Origin: Lachnospiraceae bacterium
GTDB taxonomy: Bacteria; Bacillota; Clostridia; Lachnospirales; Lachnospiraceae
Reading direction: 5' to 3'
DNA length: 64,000 bases
Assembly (NCBI GenBank): GCA_014804385.1
Contig: JAAUZW010000033.1
Coordinates: 8,879 to 72,878 of the forward strand
Each line of letters opens with the position of its first letter. The first letter of the stretch is position 1. Below are positions 1 to 9,583 of the stretch, in pieces. The notes below the pieces were generated by a model. It ran no database searches and was not told the origin of the DNA. It saw only the letters and a program-made list of their open reading frames with translations. A program made the position numbers and the translations under genes.

Positions 1-382
1 CATACTGCAATGCCGTATTACCGCCGTTAAGCACCGCCACAAAATCAGCGCCTTTGCGCCCTCTGGCCGTGGCGCCCCAGTAGCTGTACTGTGTAGTAGC
101 GCCCTTCACATGCTCGACCTTTTCTTTAACCAGCGCAAAATCTTCTTCCGTAAATTTCACATCGTTTCCTTCCACATCGCTGTTGGTGTAAATAGCGATC
201 AGTCCACCGCCCATATTTTCCAACTCATCATTGACAGAGCCGCGCACCCCGTTACCGATGGAGATAATCATAATAACTGAGGAAATACCGATGATGATGC
301 CCAGCATGGTGAGAACGGAACGTCCCTTGTTGCTCTTGATGTTCATTACGGCGATTTTTATGTATTCCCATATCTGTCCCAT
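1..382 (-). CDS. ABC transporter permease, MacB/FtsX family (N-terminal part only; gene runs off window start)
   Basis: Reverse translation from the ATG at 382-380 gives MGQIWEYIKIAVMNIKSNKGRSVLTMLGIIIGISSVIMIISIGNGVRGSVNDELENMGGG..., a typical MacB N-terminal TM helix plus the start of the periplasmic domain. A GAGGT RBS lies just upstream. It sits directly downstream of the adaptor and ATPase genes. The ORF track misses it because the window truncates it. Confidence 0.75.
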   Translation of the reverse strand, partial: MGQIWEYIKIAVMNIKSNKGRSVLTMLGIIIGISSVIMIISIGNGVRGSVNDELENMGGGLIAIYTNSDVEGNDVKFTEEDFALVKEKVEHVKGATTQYSYWGATARGRKGADFVAVLNGGNTALQY

Positions 383-436
383 AGCTACCTCTATTCTACG
401 ATTTAGTCATACAGAGAATGCCTGTATTTTGGCATT

Positions 437-2047
437 CTATTCCATCAGCATCACCGTTACCGCTGTGCCCTCTTCAAATTCCATGCCGTTCGCCATAATG
501 ACATTATCGCCCTCTGAGAGTCCCTCCTTAACCTCACTGACGCTGTCGGAGGAAATGCCCACGGTGATGCGTCTCTTCTCCACTACACCGTTTTTCTCCA
601 CAAACACGAAATCGCCTTCCCTGTCGCTGTTGATGACTTCAAGCGGAACAGTGACCACGCCCTCAACCTTTGCCATATGGACATAGACCCTTGCTTCCAC
701 GCCCAAAAAGATAGCTTCATCCGGATTATCGATATTGACATCCACACCCACTACCATCGCGCCGCTGTTATTCTGGGTAGCCATACCGTCGATCTTGCTC
801 ACCGTGCCCTCGTAGGTCTTTCCCGCAATGTCAATATCCGCCTTCTGTCCCACAGCGATCTTTTCCAGATCGTACTTGGAAACACTTAACCTCACATATA
901 CCTTTTCCGTACTCTCTATCGTCACCAGCTTTCCATTCTCCACAGGCGGCTGACCCGCCACGGCCTCCATCTCCGTGACCACCCCTGCAAAATCGGCTTT
1001 CAGGCCATTCTCCACTTCAGCAATGGCGTCCAGGCTCTCCTGATTGGTCAGCTTCTCGAGAGCGGTATCCGCCTCCAGTTTTGCCTTGCCGCCCTCATCA
1101 AGCACTCCTGACTCGGAAGTCGCCTTCTGGGACTTCATCTCGGAACGGTACTCCTTGTAGGAAGCAATCAACTCCTCCACTTCCTTTGCCTGCTGCTGAA
1201 GCTCTCTGATTTCCTTATTATACTGTACCTCATATCCGTTATATTGCGTTTGAATCTGCAGGTTCAAAAGAATGTCCCTGTCGTTTGCCAGCTTGATCTC
1301 CGCATTATCGCGCATCTCCCTTATCTCTTCATCGCTTAAATGATTCAATTCTCCTTTTGCGTCCTTCTCCAGTATGTCCGCCAGAGCCTCTTCATCCTGG
1401 GCAATGATCTGCTGCCACTCCATAACAGAAACATTCAGGTTTGTGCCATTGTAAGACCACCCCGCCGTTTTCTCCTCAATCTTTTTGTTAATCTCCTTCA
1501 ACAGATTCTCATTGTCCTCAATCTGCTGATCCAGCACAGGCAGATTACGGTTTGCCTCGGACAGATCGGCTACATATTCATTATTCTTATGTACGGAGCT
1601 CTCATAACCACCCTCGTTGGAAGCCATCTTATACTCCGCCTCCTGCTTCTTCTCAGACAGGGCTTTTTCGTCAAAGGTAAGGATCACATCCCCTTTTTTC
1701 ACCGTATCGCCGACACTCACCTTCACCTCGCCCACCTCTACGGCCACTGGCGAAAAGTACGTCCTCGTCTCATCACTTTTCACCGTGCCGCCGGTGCTTA
1801 AAATCTGTTCCACCTCCCCTACCGTGGCGGCCACTGCAGTTACCATCGGAGCCGCATTTTTAGCCACAAGAGAATTTCTCACAAAAAAGGCGACAACCAG
1901 AACTGCCAGCACACCGGCAATGACGCGGCGGCGTACTTTCTTCTTCTTTTCCTTATCCCAGGGTTTTTTCTCTTTTTTCGTCTCAGGCATCATCTCCGTG
2001 ATATCCGTGTTTTCTGCCTTATTCTTCGCTTTCCCAAACATTTTCAT
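437..2047 (-). CDS. HlyD-family efflux adaptor (membrane fusion protein)
   Basis: 536 aa with an N-terminal K-rich tail and one TM (VIAGVLAVLVVAFFV), a long coiled-coil middle and barrel-type termini. It lies between the ABC ATPase and the MacB permease. Confidence 0.8.
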   Translation of the reverse strand: MKMFGKAKNKAENTDITEMMPETKKEKKPWDKEKKKKVRRRVIAGVLAVLVVAFFVRNSLVAKNAAPMVTAVAATVGEVEQILSTGGTVKSDETRTYFSPVAVEVGEVKVSVGDTVKKGDVILTFDEKALSEKKQEAEYKMASNEGGYESSVHKNNEYVADLSEANRNLPVLDQQIEDNENLLKEINKKIEEKTAGWSYNGTNLNVSVMEWQQIIAQDEEALADILEKDAKGELNHLSDEEIREMRDNAEIKLANDRDILLNLQIQTQYNGYEVQYNKEIRELQQQAKEVEELIASYKEYRSEMKSQKATSESGVLDEGGKAKLEADTALEKLTNQESLDAIAEVENGLKADFAGVVTEMEAVAGQPPVENGKLVTIESTEKVYVRLSVSKYDLEKIAVGQKADIDIAGKTYEGTVSKIDGMATQNNSGAMVVGVDVNIDNPDEAIFLGVEARVYVHMAKVEGVVTVPLEVINSDREGDFVFVEKNGVVEKRRITVGISSDSVSEVKEGLSEGDNVIMANGMEFEEGTAVTVMLME

Positions 2048-2720
2048 AATCCTCCTCTATTTTTCCGTCCATAATTTTGATCACCCGCTTCGCTCTTGCC
2101 GCAATCTCATTGTCATGGGTGATCAGGATCACCGTCCTGCCCTCCTCGTGGAGTCCCCGCAGAATATCCATGATCTCTCTGGTAGAATTAGAATCCAGAT
2201 TACCCGTGGGCTCGTCTGCCAGAATGATGGGCGGCGCCTGGGCAATGGCTCTGGCGATGGCTACTCTCTGCTGCTGTCCGCCGGACATCTCTGACGGCTT
2301 ATGGGTCTTACGCTGGGCAAGCCCCACCTTGTCCAGGGCTTTCTCCGAAAGCTCCAGGCGTTCCTTCTTGCCTACGCCTCGATAGATCAGGGGCAGCTCC
2401 ACATTTTCCACTGCTGTCAGGCTTGGGATCAGGTTAAAACCCTGAAAGATAAAGCCGATCTCCCGATTGCGGATATCCGACAACTCATCATCCGTCATAC
2501 TGCCCACATCGTGTCCGTGCAGGAAATAACTCCCGCTGGTGGGGACATCCAGACAGCCGAGCATATTCATCAGAGTAGATTTCCCGGAACCGGAATGCCC
2601 GATGATAGCCACAAACTCTCCCTCACCAATGGTCAGACTCACATGATCCAGCGCCTTCACCTCGTTTTCTCCGGGATTGTATATCTTGCAGATATCCCGG
2701 ATTTCCACCAATGCTTCCAT
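2019..2720 (-). CDS. ABC transporter ATP-binding protein (MacB/LolD-like)
   Basis: Walker A GHSGSGKST, signature LSGGQQQRVAIARA and Walker B ILADEPTGNLD. I prefer the ATG at 2720 (MEALVEIRDI...), preceded by GGAGAGGAAAG, over the TTG at 2750 used by the ORF track. Confidence 0.9.
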   Translation of the reverse strand: MEALVEIRDICKIYNPGENEVKALDHVSLTIGEGEFVAIIGHSGSGKSTLMNMLGCLDVPTSGSYFLHGHDVGSMTDDELSDIRNREIGFIFQGFNLIPSLTAVENVELPLIYRGVGKKERLELSEKALDKVGLAQRKTHKPSEMSGGQQQRVAIARAIAQAPPIILADEPTGNLDSNSTREIMDILRGLHEEGRTVILITHDNEIAARAKRVIKIMDGKIEEDYENVWESEE

Positions 2721-3068
2721 AGATAATTCTTTCCTCTCCCTTTCTGTCAATTTATCAAATTTATGTATTGTCCTTTTCCTCTGTAAATCTATAACGAAAC
2801 AGGCCAGGATTTGTCTTCACCTGTTTTCACTTCTCCCATAATATCGCCCCTTTCTTAAAAGAAACGCAGGAAAATCTTAAGGCAATCTTAAATCGCATTC
2901 TCCTTCGAGGTTTTACGTTGTGGCACTTCGATTGTACCATCGAAATATTACAGGAAGCTTACAGAAAGCTTACAATTTCGTTATATTACGCCAACAGTAT
3001 ATACTGTTTATATATCATTATATACAGTATGCTTTGTTTGTCAATCCAATTTTTCTATTATCTTAATA

Positions 3069-3247
3069 CGCATAAGCAGACTCGAGATACTTCGCATCTC
3101 GAGTTCGCGTTGTGGTCTCCGTTCCACTCCGGTCCGCGCAAAGCAGACGTCCCCTGGACGTCTTGCGCCGTAAGATAACGCCAGAGTCATTCCTGCATGC
3201 AAGCATGCGTCCTGCCTCTGTCATTATCTTACTCTGCTTATGCGCGC
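3069..3247. repeat. Miniature inverted-repeat element, copy 1 (TIR GCATAAGCAGA..; internal long hairpins)
   Basis: The left end CGCATAAGCAGACTC (3069-3083) and right end ACTCTGCTTATGCGCGC (3231-3247) are inverted repeats. The interior hairpin at 3171-3231 has an apical palindrome GCATGCAAGCATGC (3195-3208). The same ends and core recur at 10947-11053. Confidence 0.6.
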
Positions 3248-3283
3248 AAAAAAATACTACTTTCACGCGGGAAAGTAGTATTT
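3246..3283 (-). terminator. Rho-independent terminator after the RibU-like gene
   Basis: On the minus strand: AATACTACTTTC-CCGCGT-GAAAGTAGTATT followed by TTTTTTTG. Confidence 0.65.
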
Positions 3284-3311
3284 TCGTGGTTTTATTCTAT
3301 TTTGCCTTCTG

Positions 3312-4094
3312 TCAGGCGTTGCCTGAGCCCGATATCTCGCCGGCATTTCGTCTCTCCATGACAGGATTCGCATTTTTCAAAATCGGGCTCAATGGCTTGT
3401 AAATAAGCATCGTCACCCCGGAAGCCGCCACACCCTTGATGATGTTCATCGGCGCTACGGCGAATACCACAAAGGAAGTCACGTTGTGGATATTACCGTT
3501 GATCTGGGCCCCCGCCGCAATAATAGCATCCATCGGCATGCCAAACAGCTTCGAGAATGCAGGCAGCAGATAGACACCGTTAAAGGCTGTACCAAACACC
3601 GTCATGATAAGGGTTCCCGCCACACATGCCATGATCGCCCGCTTCTTTGTCTTTTTGAACAGATAGAGAATGGACGCAGGAAGGAGCAGACTGCACCCGA
3701 TCACAAAATTCGCAAGATCGCCGACGAAGGCAGTGCTGGTTCCCTTGATCACCAGTTTGAGCAGTATCTTACAAAATTCGATCATCACGCCCGCCACAGG
3801 ACCGAAAGCGAATGCCCCAACCAGAGCCGGTATCTCGGAGAAATCCAACTGATAAAAGCCCGGCGCCAAAAACGGAACCGGGAAATCCAGCATATGCAGG
3901 ATCACCGCCAACGCCGAAAAAAGACCGATCATCGTGATCTTTCTGGTGCTTAATATCCGTTCTGTCACGCCGTTTTTCTTCTGTACCGTCTTCTCCACCC
4001 CGTAGGCGATCAGAAACAGCGCCGCCGCCACACCGACGCATACCAGCACAAAGATCACATTGTCCACAACACTCTGCAATAAACCGTTACCCAT
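3312..4094 (-). CDS. ribU: Riboflavin transporter, ECF S-component-like membrane protein (RibU/YpaA-like)
   Basis: 260-aa polytopic membrane protein with an S-component-like core (MIGLFSALAVILHMLDFPVPF...). It lies directly behind an FMN riboswitch with a terminator. It is longer than a typical RibU, so substrate and family are context-based. Confidence 0.65.
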   Translation of the reverse strand: MGNGLLQSVVDNVIFVLVCVGVAAALFLIAYGVEKTVQKKNGVTERILSTRKITMIGLFSALAVILHMLDFPVPFLAPGFYQLDFSEIPALVGAFAFGPVAGVMIEFCKILLKLVIKGTSTAFVGDLANFVIGCSLLLPASILYLFKKTKKRAIMACVAGTLIMTVFGTAFNGVYLLPAFSKLFGMPMDAIIAAGAQINGNIHNVTSFVVFAVAPMNIIKGVAASGVTMLIYKPLSPILKNANPVMERRNAGEISGSGNA

Positions 4095-4130
4095 TTTCTT
4101 TTTCCTCCTTTTTCATACAGGGGAAAGTTC

Positions 4131-4150
4131 TTCTGACTCTGCTTAAACGC
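4131..4150. repeat. Solitary terminal repeat of the same element family
   Basis: TTCTGACTCTGCTTAAACGC shares TTCTGACTCTGCTTA with the right end of copy 2 (11031-11045). No partner end is nearby. Confidence 0.35.
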
Positions 4151-4183
4151 AAAGAAAACCCCGAAACTCTCGTTCCGGGGTTA
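4148..4183 (-). terminator. Riboswitch expression-platform terminator
   Basis: On the minus strand: AACCCCGGAACGAGAGTTTCGGGGTT followed by TTCTTTGCGTTT. It sits between the FMN aptamer and the RBS AAAGGAGGAAAAAG. Confidence 0.7.
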
Positions 4184-4261
4184 CTTTTCACAAAGCAGCT
4201 ACCTCACTGCATCAGCAGTACAGGCTCTTGTCCGATAAACATGACAGTCTTGTCACTTTAT

Positions 4262-4405
4262 CTTTCTTCTCTCATCCAGACTATACTGTCGGTTTTGGAA
4301 TTTCACCAAATCAGCCGCCTGTATCAGCGTGGGTAAACGCTTCCACAGAAACGGGTCGCGGACTATACCGCCGGTAGGGAATTTCACCCTGCCCCGAAGA
4401 ACTTT
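4262..4405 (-). promoter_or_regulatory. FMN riboswitch (RFN element)
   Basis: The minus strand reads TTCTTCGGGGCAGGGTGAAATTCCCTACCGGCGGTATAGTCCGCGACC...GATTTGGTGAAATTCCAAAACCGACAGTATAGTCTGGATGAGAGAAGAA. This matches the conserved RFN core blocks and the P1 closing helix. Confidence 0.9.
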
Positions 4406-4428
4406 TCTCATATCAAATTATCAAAGCC

Positions 4429-4457
4429 ATCTTACTACGGTCTCACCGAAATGTCAA
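4429..4457 (-). promoter_or_regulatory. Putative sigma-70 promoter for the riboswitch-ribU unit
   Basis: On the minus strand: TTGACA (4457-4452), a 17-nt spacer, then TAAGAT (4434-4429), about 25 nt upstream of the aptamer. Confidence 0.5.
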
Positions 4458-4484
4458 CCGATCCGGCTGAATTATTCTGCGATA

Positions 4485-5480
4485 TCACATCTCGCTGCAC
4501 TTGTCAATATGGTGACAAGCGGAAAAATGTCCTTTTTCTACCTCTTTCCATGCAGGAGTTTCCGCCGCACAGCGCTCATCCGCATAAGGACAGCGGGTTC
4601 GGAAGGCACATCCGGAGGGCGGATTTAAGGGACTTGGCACATCTTTCTCCGGCACGATACGCTTACTTTCTCTGGCCTGCCGGGGATCCGCGATGGGGAT
4701 TGCAGAGATCAGGCTCTTCGTGTAAGGATGCAGGGGACGTTTCACCAGCTCGTAGCTGTCCGTCAGTTCCACCATTCTCCCCAGATACATCACGCCGATG
4801 CGATTGGAGATGTGTTTTACCGCCGACAGGTCGTGAGCAATGAACAGGTAAGTCAGTCCCATCTGCTCCTGCAGATCCTCAAACATATTGATCACCTGTG
4901 CCTGGATCGACACATCCAGCGCCGAGATCGGCTCGTCACAAACGATAAATTCCGGGTGCACCGCCAAGGCTCTGGCGATACCCACACGCTGTCTCTGTCC
5001 GCCGGACAATTCGTGGGGATAACGGTTTGCATGCTCGGAATTTAAGCCCACCCGCTCCAGCATCTGTATGATCTGGTCGCAGCGATCCCGTTTACTATCC
5101 GACAGCTTATGCACGTCGATAGCCTCACCAATGATATCCTCCACTGTCATACGGGGGTCAAGACTTGCATAAGGATCCTGAAATACAATCTGCATTCGTT
5201 TTCTGTAGGGACGCATATCTGCAAACTGCTTATTCTCCACATCAAAGATCACATCCCCGTCAAAGGTAAATCTACCGCCTGTAGGCTCATACAATCGCAG
5301 CATGGCACGTCCCGTGGTGGTCTTGCCACAGCCTGACTCTCCCACCAGACCGAACGTCTCTCCCTTCTCTATATAGAAAGAAACATCATCCACTGCCCGG
5401 ATATATTTTTTATTTTTTCCCAAACCTCCCGCCGGGAAGTACTGGCGCAGATGCTCTACTTCAATCAAATGCTCGCTCAT
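4485..5480 (-). CDS. oppF: Oligopeptide/dipeptide ABC transporter ATP-binding protein (OppF/DppF-like)
   Basis: Walker [10 protein letters not shown], signature [14 protein letters not shown], Walker [11 protein letters not shown] and the C-terminal Cys/His-rich Opp-type extension ([15 protein letters not shown]...ACHH). Confidence 0.85.
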   Translation of the reverse strand: MSEHLIEVEHLRQYFPAGGLGKNKKYIRAVDDVSFYIEKGETFGLVGESGCGKTTTGRAMLRLYEPTGGRFTFDGDVIFDVENKQFADMRPYRKRMQIVFQDPYASLDPRMTVEDIIGEAIDVHKLSDSKRDRCDQIIQMLERVGLNSEHANRYPHELSGGQRQRVGIARALAVHPEFIVCDEPISALDVSIQAQVINMFEDLQEQMGLTYLFIAHDLSAVKHISNRIGVMYLGRMVELTDSYELVKRPLHPYTKSLISAIPIADPRQARESKRIVPEKDVPSPLNPPSGCAFRTRCPYADERCAAETPAWKEVEKGHFSACHHIDKCSEM

Positions 5481-6474
5481 GAGGCACCTTTTTCTCCATC
5501 TCTTCCTTCTGGTTCAGCCAGCACTGTGTGTAATGCTCCCGCTCAAAGGTAGTCACCGGCGGCATTTCCCTCAAACAGATCTGCATAGCTGCATTGCAGC
5601 GGGGTGCAAAGGGACAGCCCGCAGGTGGATTCAGGAGTTCCATCGGTGTTCCCTCTATGGGAATCAGACGCTCATGCTCCTTGGCATCCAATCGAGGAAT
5701 CGAACGGAGCAATCCCTTCGTATACTGGTGCTTCGGACGGTAAAAAATGTCGTCCGTCGTGCCGTACTCCACGATTCTGCCCGCATACATAACTGCAATA
5801 TGCTCGCACATGCTTGCCACCACACCCAGGTCATGGGTAATCATGATGATAGCCATACCCAGCTTATCCTTGAGTTCCATCATCAGCTCCAGAATCTGTG
5901 CCTGAATGGTCACGTCAAGACCCGTGGTAGGCTCGTCTGCAATCAGAAGCTTGGGCTCGCAGGCAAGAGCGATAGCAATCATCACACGCTGGCGCATACC
6001 TCCCGAAAGCTCATGAGGATACTGCTTCAAACGCCGCTCCGGCTCATTGATGCCCACCAATTCTAAAAGCTCCCTGGCACGTTCTTTGGCCGCCTGCTTC
6101 GTCTTATCCGTATGCAGTCTGATCACCTCGGTGATCTGAGCACCGATGGTATAGACCGGATTTAGGCCGGTCATGGGATCCTGAAAGATAATGGATATCT
6201 CATTGCCGCGGATCTGCCGCAGCTCCTTCTCCGCCATATTCTCGACCTGATGTCCGTTAAAGTTAAGCTGTCCGCCGATCAGTTTGCCCGGACGGGCCGT
6301 CAGCCCCATCAGACTATAAGCCATGACGGATTTGCCGGAGCCGCTCTCCCCCACGATCCCGAGGACTTCGCCCTCCTTCAGGTGGATTGACACATCGTTC
6401 AGCGCTTTGACCTCCCCTGCGGGAGTAAAAAAAGAAAGCTTTTCATTTTTGATATCTACAAGATATTCTGCCAT
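5461..6474 (-). CDS. oppD: Oligopeptide/dipeptide ABC transporter ATP-binding protein (OppD/DppD-like)
   Basis: Walker [10 protein letters not shown], signature [14 protein letters not shown], Walker [11 protein letters not shown] and the Opp-type C-terminal domain ([15 protein letters not shown]). Confidence 0.85.
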   Translation of the reverse strand: MAEYLVDIKNEKLSFFTPAGEVKALNDVSIHLKEGEVLGIVGESGSGKSVMAYSLMGLTARPGKLIGGQLNFNGHQVENMAEKELRQIRGNEISIIFQDPMTGLNPVYTIGAQITEVIRLHTDKTKQAAKERARELLELVGINEPERRLKQYPHELSGGMRQRVMIAIALACEPKLLIADEPTTGLDVTIQAQILELMMELKDKLGMAIIMITHDLGVVASMCEHIAVMYAGRIVEYGTTDDIFYRPKHQYTKGLLRSIPRLDAKEHERLIPIEGTPMELLNPPAGCPFAPRCNAAMQICLREMPPVTTFEREHYTQCWLNQKEEMEKKVPHERAFD

Positions 6475-6484
6475 CTCTCCATCT

Positions 6485-8848
6485 TTACTTCAATTTCATA
6501 GTGAGACCAATTCTTTTTTTCGCCACATCCACGGTGAGCACCTGCACATCCACCACATCGCCCACGCTGACCGCCTCCAGAGGATGCTTGATATAGCGGT
6601 CCGTGATCTGGGAGATGTGAACCAGGCCGTCCTGATGCACGCCGATATCCACGAACACACCGAAGTCGATCACGTTTCTGACTGTTCCTTTCAGAATCAT
6701 ACCCGGCTTTAAGTCCTTCATATCCAGTACGTCGCTTCGAAGGATCGGCGCCGGCATATCATCTCTGGGATCTCTGGCCGGTTTTTCCAGCTCCGACAGG
6801 ATATCCATCAAGGTGATTTCCCCGATGCCCAGCTCCTCAGCCAGCTTCTTCTTATCCTTCACCTTCTTCGCCAGATTGCTGACAGCAGTTTTGCCTTCAT
6901 TTCCGCTCTGAGAAGATGTGACATCCGTGTCATTTATGTTTGTGTTTCCGCCCAGATTGTCCATACCGCCCATGGCCGCCGCCAGCGCCTTACCCATAGC
7001 GGTGTCTGTGTTGCGGATCACGATCTTTTTCTGGCGTGGTTTCTTCTCCTTCGCCGGAGCTGCCTTCTGTTTCTGCGCCGCCGACTTCTTCTGGGCCTCC
7101 TTCACATCCTCCATGGTCAGGTTCAGCTTCTCCATAAGGTGCTTTGCCGCCTCGTAGGATTCCGGATGTACGCTGGTGGCATCCAGCGGATTATCCCCAT
7201 CCGCAATACGCAGGAAACCTGCGCACTGTTCGAACGCCTTTGGTCCCAGCTTGGCCACCTTCAAAAGCTGCTGCCGGTTGCGGAAGCGCCCGTTCGTCTC
7301 CCGATATTCCACGATATTGCGGGCGATCACCTTGGTCACGCCGGAGACATATTCCAAGAGGGATGCGGAAGCCGTATTCAGATCCACTCCCACCCGGTTC
7401 ACACTGTCCTCCACCACACCGCCAAGCGCCTCGCTCAGCTTCTTCTGATCCATGTCATGCTGGTACTGTCCCACGCCGATGGACTTGGGATCGATCTTCA
7501 CAAGCTCCGCCAGCGGATCCTGCAGTCTTCTGGCGATGGATGCCGCGCTTCTTTGCCCCACATCAAAATTCGGGAATTCCTCCGTGGCCAGCTTACTTGC
7601 CGAGTAGACGGAAGCCCCCGCCTCGTTGACGATCACATACTGCACCGGCACGTCCAGCTCTTTGATCAGCTCCACGATCACCTGCTCGGACTCCCGGGAA
7701 GCCGTACCGTTTCCCACGGAGATCAGAGAAACATTGTATTTTTTGATCAGCTTTTTCAGCTCCGCTTTAGACTGCTCTACCTTATTCTGGGGCGCCGTGG
7801 GATAGATCACCTTCGTATCCAGGACCTTTCCCGTCTCGTCCACCACCGCCAGCTTACAGCCTGTGCGGAAAGCCGGATCCCAGCCAAGCACCACCCTGCC
7901 GCGGATGGGCGGCTGTAAGAGAAGCTGCTCCAGATTTTTACCAAATACGGAGATTGCGCCATCCTCCGCCTTTTCGGTGAGATCGTTTCGGATCTCCCGC
8001 TCGATGGCCGGGGCGATCAATCTGTCATAGCTGTCAGCAATCACTTCCTCCAAAATCGGAGATGTGACAGAGTTGTCATTTATAATCGTCTTTGTCCGAA
8101 GGAACTGTAAGACGCGCTCTGTGGGTGCCTCCACCTTCACAGTCAGGAACTTTTCTTTTTCTCCACGGTTGATGGCAAGCACCCGATGCCCTGCCACCTT
8201 GCCGAGGGGCTCCTCGTACTGATAGTACATCTCATAAACGCTCTCGGCCTTCTCATCTTTGGCGGCGCTTACCAGTTTCCCCTCTTTCATCGTGATATCC
8301 CGAATATAGATACGGTAATCCGCCTCGTCGGAGATTCTCTCCGCAATGATATCCTTCGCTCCCTGCACCGCTTCCTCCGCCGTCTTGACCGCCTTGGCAG
8401 AATCCTCATCCTCGTGGATATACTTTTCCGCCTCCGTCTCGATGGGCTCTGTAGTCTCCTGGGCCAGAATGAACTCTGCCAGAGGCTCCAATCCCTTCTC
8501 CTTCGCCACACTGGCGCGGGTCTTACGTTTCGGCCGGTAAGGCCTGTAGAGATCCTCCACCACCACCATGGTCTGGGCTTCCTCGATCCGGGCGCGCAGC
8601 TCGTCGGTAAGCTTGCCCTGCTCCTCTATACTGCTTAAGACCTGTTCTTTCTTCTCCTCCAGATTACGCAGATAAGTAAGGCGTTCATGGAGATCGCGCA
8701 GCACCTCATCGTTCAAAGACCCGGTTGCCTCCTTACGGTAACGGGCGATAAAGGGAATCGTATTGCCCTCATCGATCAGGGATACTGCCGCCTCCACCTG
8801 CCATTTTTCTACTTTCAGTTCCTCTTTTAATTTTAAAATGATATCCAT
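6485..8848 (-). CDS. tex: Tex-like transcription accessory protein (YqgF/HhH/S1 domains)
   Basis: 787 aa. The N-terminus reads VAAVSLIDEGNTIPFIARYRKEATG, followed by a YqgF-like core and HhH region. The C-terminal S1 domain reads GMILKGTVRNVIDFGVFVDIG...GDVVDVQVLTVD. Confidence 0.9.
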   Translation of the reverse strand: MDIILKLKEELKVEKWQVEAAVSLIDEGNTIPFIARYRKEATGSLNDEVLRDLHERLTYLRNLEEKKEQVLSSIEEQGKLTDELRARIEEAQTMVVVEDLYRPYRPKRKTRASVAKEKGLEPLAEFILAQETTEPIETEAEKYIHEDEDSAKAVKTAEEAVQGAKDIIAERISDEADYRIYIRDITMKEGKLVSAAKDEKAESVYEMYYQYEEPLGKVAGHRVLAINRGEKEKFLTVKVEAPTERVLQFLRTKTIINDNSVTSPILEEVIADSYDRLIAPAIEREIRNDLTEKAEDGAISVFGKNLEQLLLQPPIRGRVVLGWDPAFRTGCKLAVVDETGKVLDTKVIYPTAPQNKVEQSKAELKKLIKKYNVSLISVGNGTASRESEQVIVELIKELDVPVQYVIVNEAGASVYSASKLATEEFPNFDVGQRSAASIARRLQDPLAELVKIDPKSIGVGQYQHDMDQKKLSEALGGVVEDSVNRVGVDLNTASASLLEYVSGVTKVIARNIVEYRETNGRFRNRQQLLKVAKLGPKAFEQCAGFLRIADGDNPLDATSVHPESYEAAKHLMEKLNLTMEDVKEAQKKSAAQKQKAAPAKEKKPRQKKIVIRNTDTAMGKALAAAMGGMDNLGGNTNINDTDVTSSQSGNEGKTAVSNLAKKVKDKKKLAEELGIGEITLMDILSELEKPARDPRDDMPAPILRSDVLDMKDLKPGMILKGTVRNVIDFGVFVDIGVHQDGLVHISQITDRYIKHPLEAVSVGDVVDVQVLTVDVAKKRIGLTMKLK

Positions 8849-9081
8849 GGTTCTGTTTTTACTCCACTTCGTCTTTATTCTTCAATGTGTGAAAATTTTA
8901 TGTGCCCCGAGGCACTAACATTTTTATTATACTGGTTTTTCTCAAACTTCGCCACAGGAAATGCTCAGATTTAGAAAGAAAAATGTTTCCTCGCGCTTGC
9001 AGACTATGGTTTTTTTTGAAAAAATATGCTACACTATCAATATCTATATATTCATATGATATAAGAAATGAGGCAGGTACT

Positions 9082-9534
9082 ATGGACTATCAACCGCAAA
9101 ACCCGCAAGGCGGCCCGAACGGCTATCCGCCTTATCCGCCCTATGGTGCACCCCTGCAGCCGTACCTCGGGAAGCCCAAGGGCGACAGCATGGCAACCGC
9201 ATCCATGATCCTTGGCATCATCACACTGGCAAGTATGTTGATCCTTCAGATTTCTATCCCCTTTGTACTGGGCGGCACAGGCATTATTCTGGCCATCCTG
9301 TCAAGAGGCAGTGCGAAGCGTCTGGCGGGCAAAGCAAAAGCCGGCCTGATCTGTTGTATCGTGGGTCTGTCACTGGATATCGTGTTGTGCGTATCTGCGG
9401 TCTGTCTTGTATTTGCCCTTCCTCACCTCTCACCGGAATTGAAGGAAGAGGTGAATAAAGCCTGTGAAGAGCAGTACGGCGTCTCCTACGATGAGATGAT
9501 GGAAGAATTTTATGAAATGTTTGACATGGAATGA
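9082..9534 (+). CDS. Small membrane protein with Pro/Tyr-rich N-terminus (DUF4190-like)
   Basis: The ATG at 9082 follows GAGGCAGG. The sequence is MDYQPQNPQGGPNGYPPYPPYG, then two TM helices. The upstream part of track ORF 8902.. lacks support. Confidence 0.6.
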   Translation: MDYQPQNPQGGPNGYPPYPPYGAPLQPYLGKPKGDSMATASMILGIITLASMLILQISIPFVLGGTGIILAILSRGSAKRLAGKAKAGLICCIVGLSLDIVLCVSAVCLVFALPHLSPELKEEVNKACEEQYGVSYDEMMEEFYEMFDME

Positions 9535-9583
9535 TATAGCATAGATATCAAATCAAGAGAAAAGAGAAAGGCAAGGTGATCTT

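Noticed and set aside
231-2294. Plus-strand ORFs 231..686, 677..889, 1340..1801 and 1617..2294, and similar long plus-strand ORFs elsewhere (7139..7918, 13263..14279, 16405..17145, 47705..48553, 48962..49627).
   Set aside because: They lie antisense to well-supported minus-strand genes with clear family motifs. Their translations are low-complexity or biased (S/T/P/R/H-rich) with no recognisable motifs or RBS, so they are typical shadow ORFs.
6900-7150. The Lys/Ala/Gly-rich low-complexity insert in Tex (…KKSAAQKQKAAPAKEKKPRQKK…GGMDNLGGNTNINDTD…), considered as a separate feature or insertion element.
   Set aside because: It is in frame and flanked by normal Tex HhH and S1 regions. There are no repeats or ends at the DNA level, so it is most simply a variable linker.
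8902-9081. The N-terminal extension of plus-strand ORF 8902..9534.
   Set aside because: This region is the A/T-rich divergent promoter spacer next to tex. The extension has no RBS or motif, and the ATG at 9082 has a proper SD.
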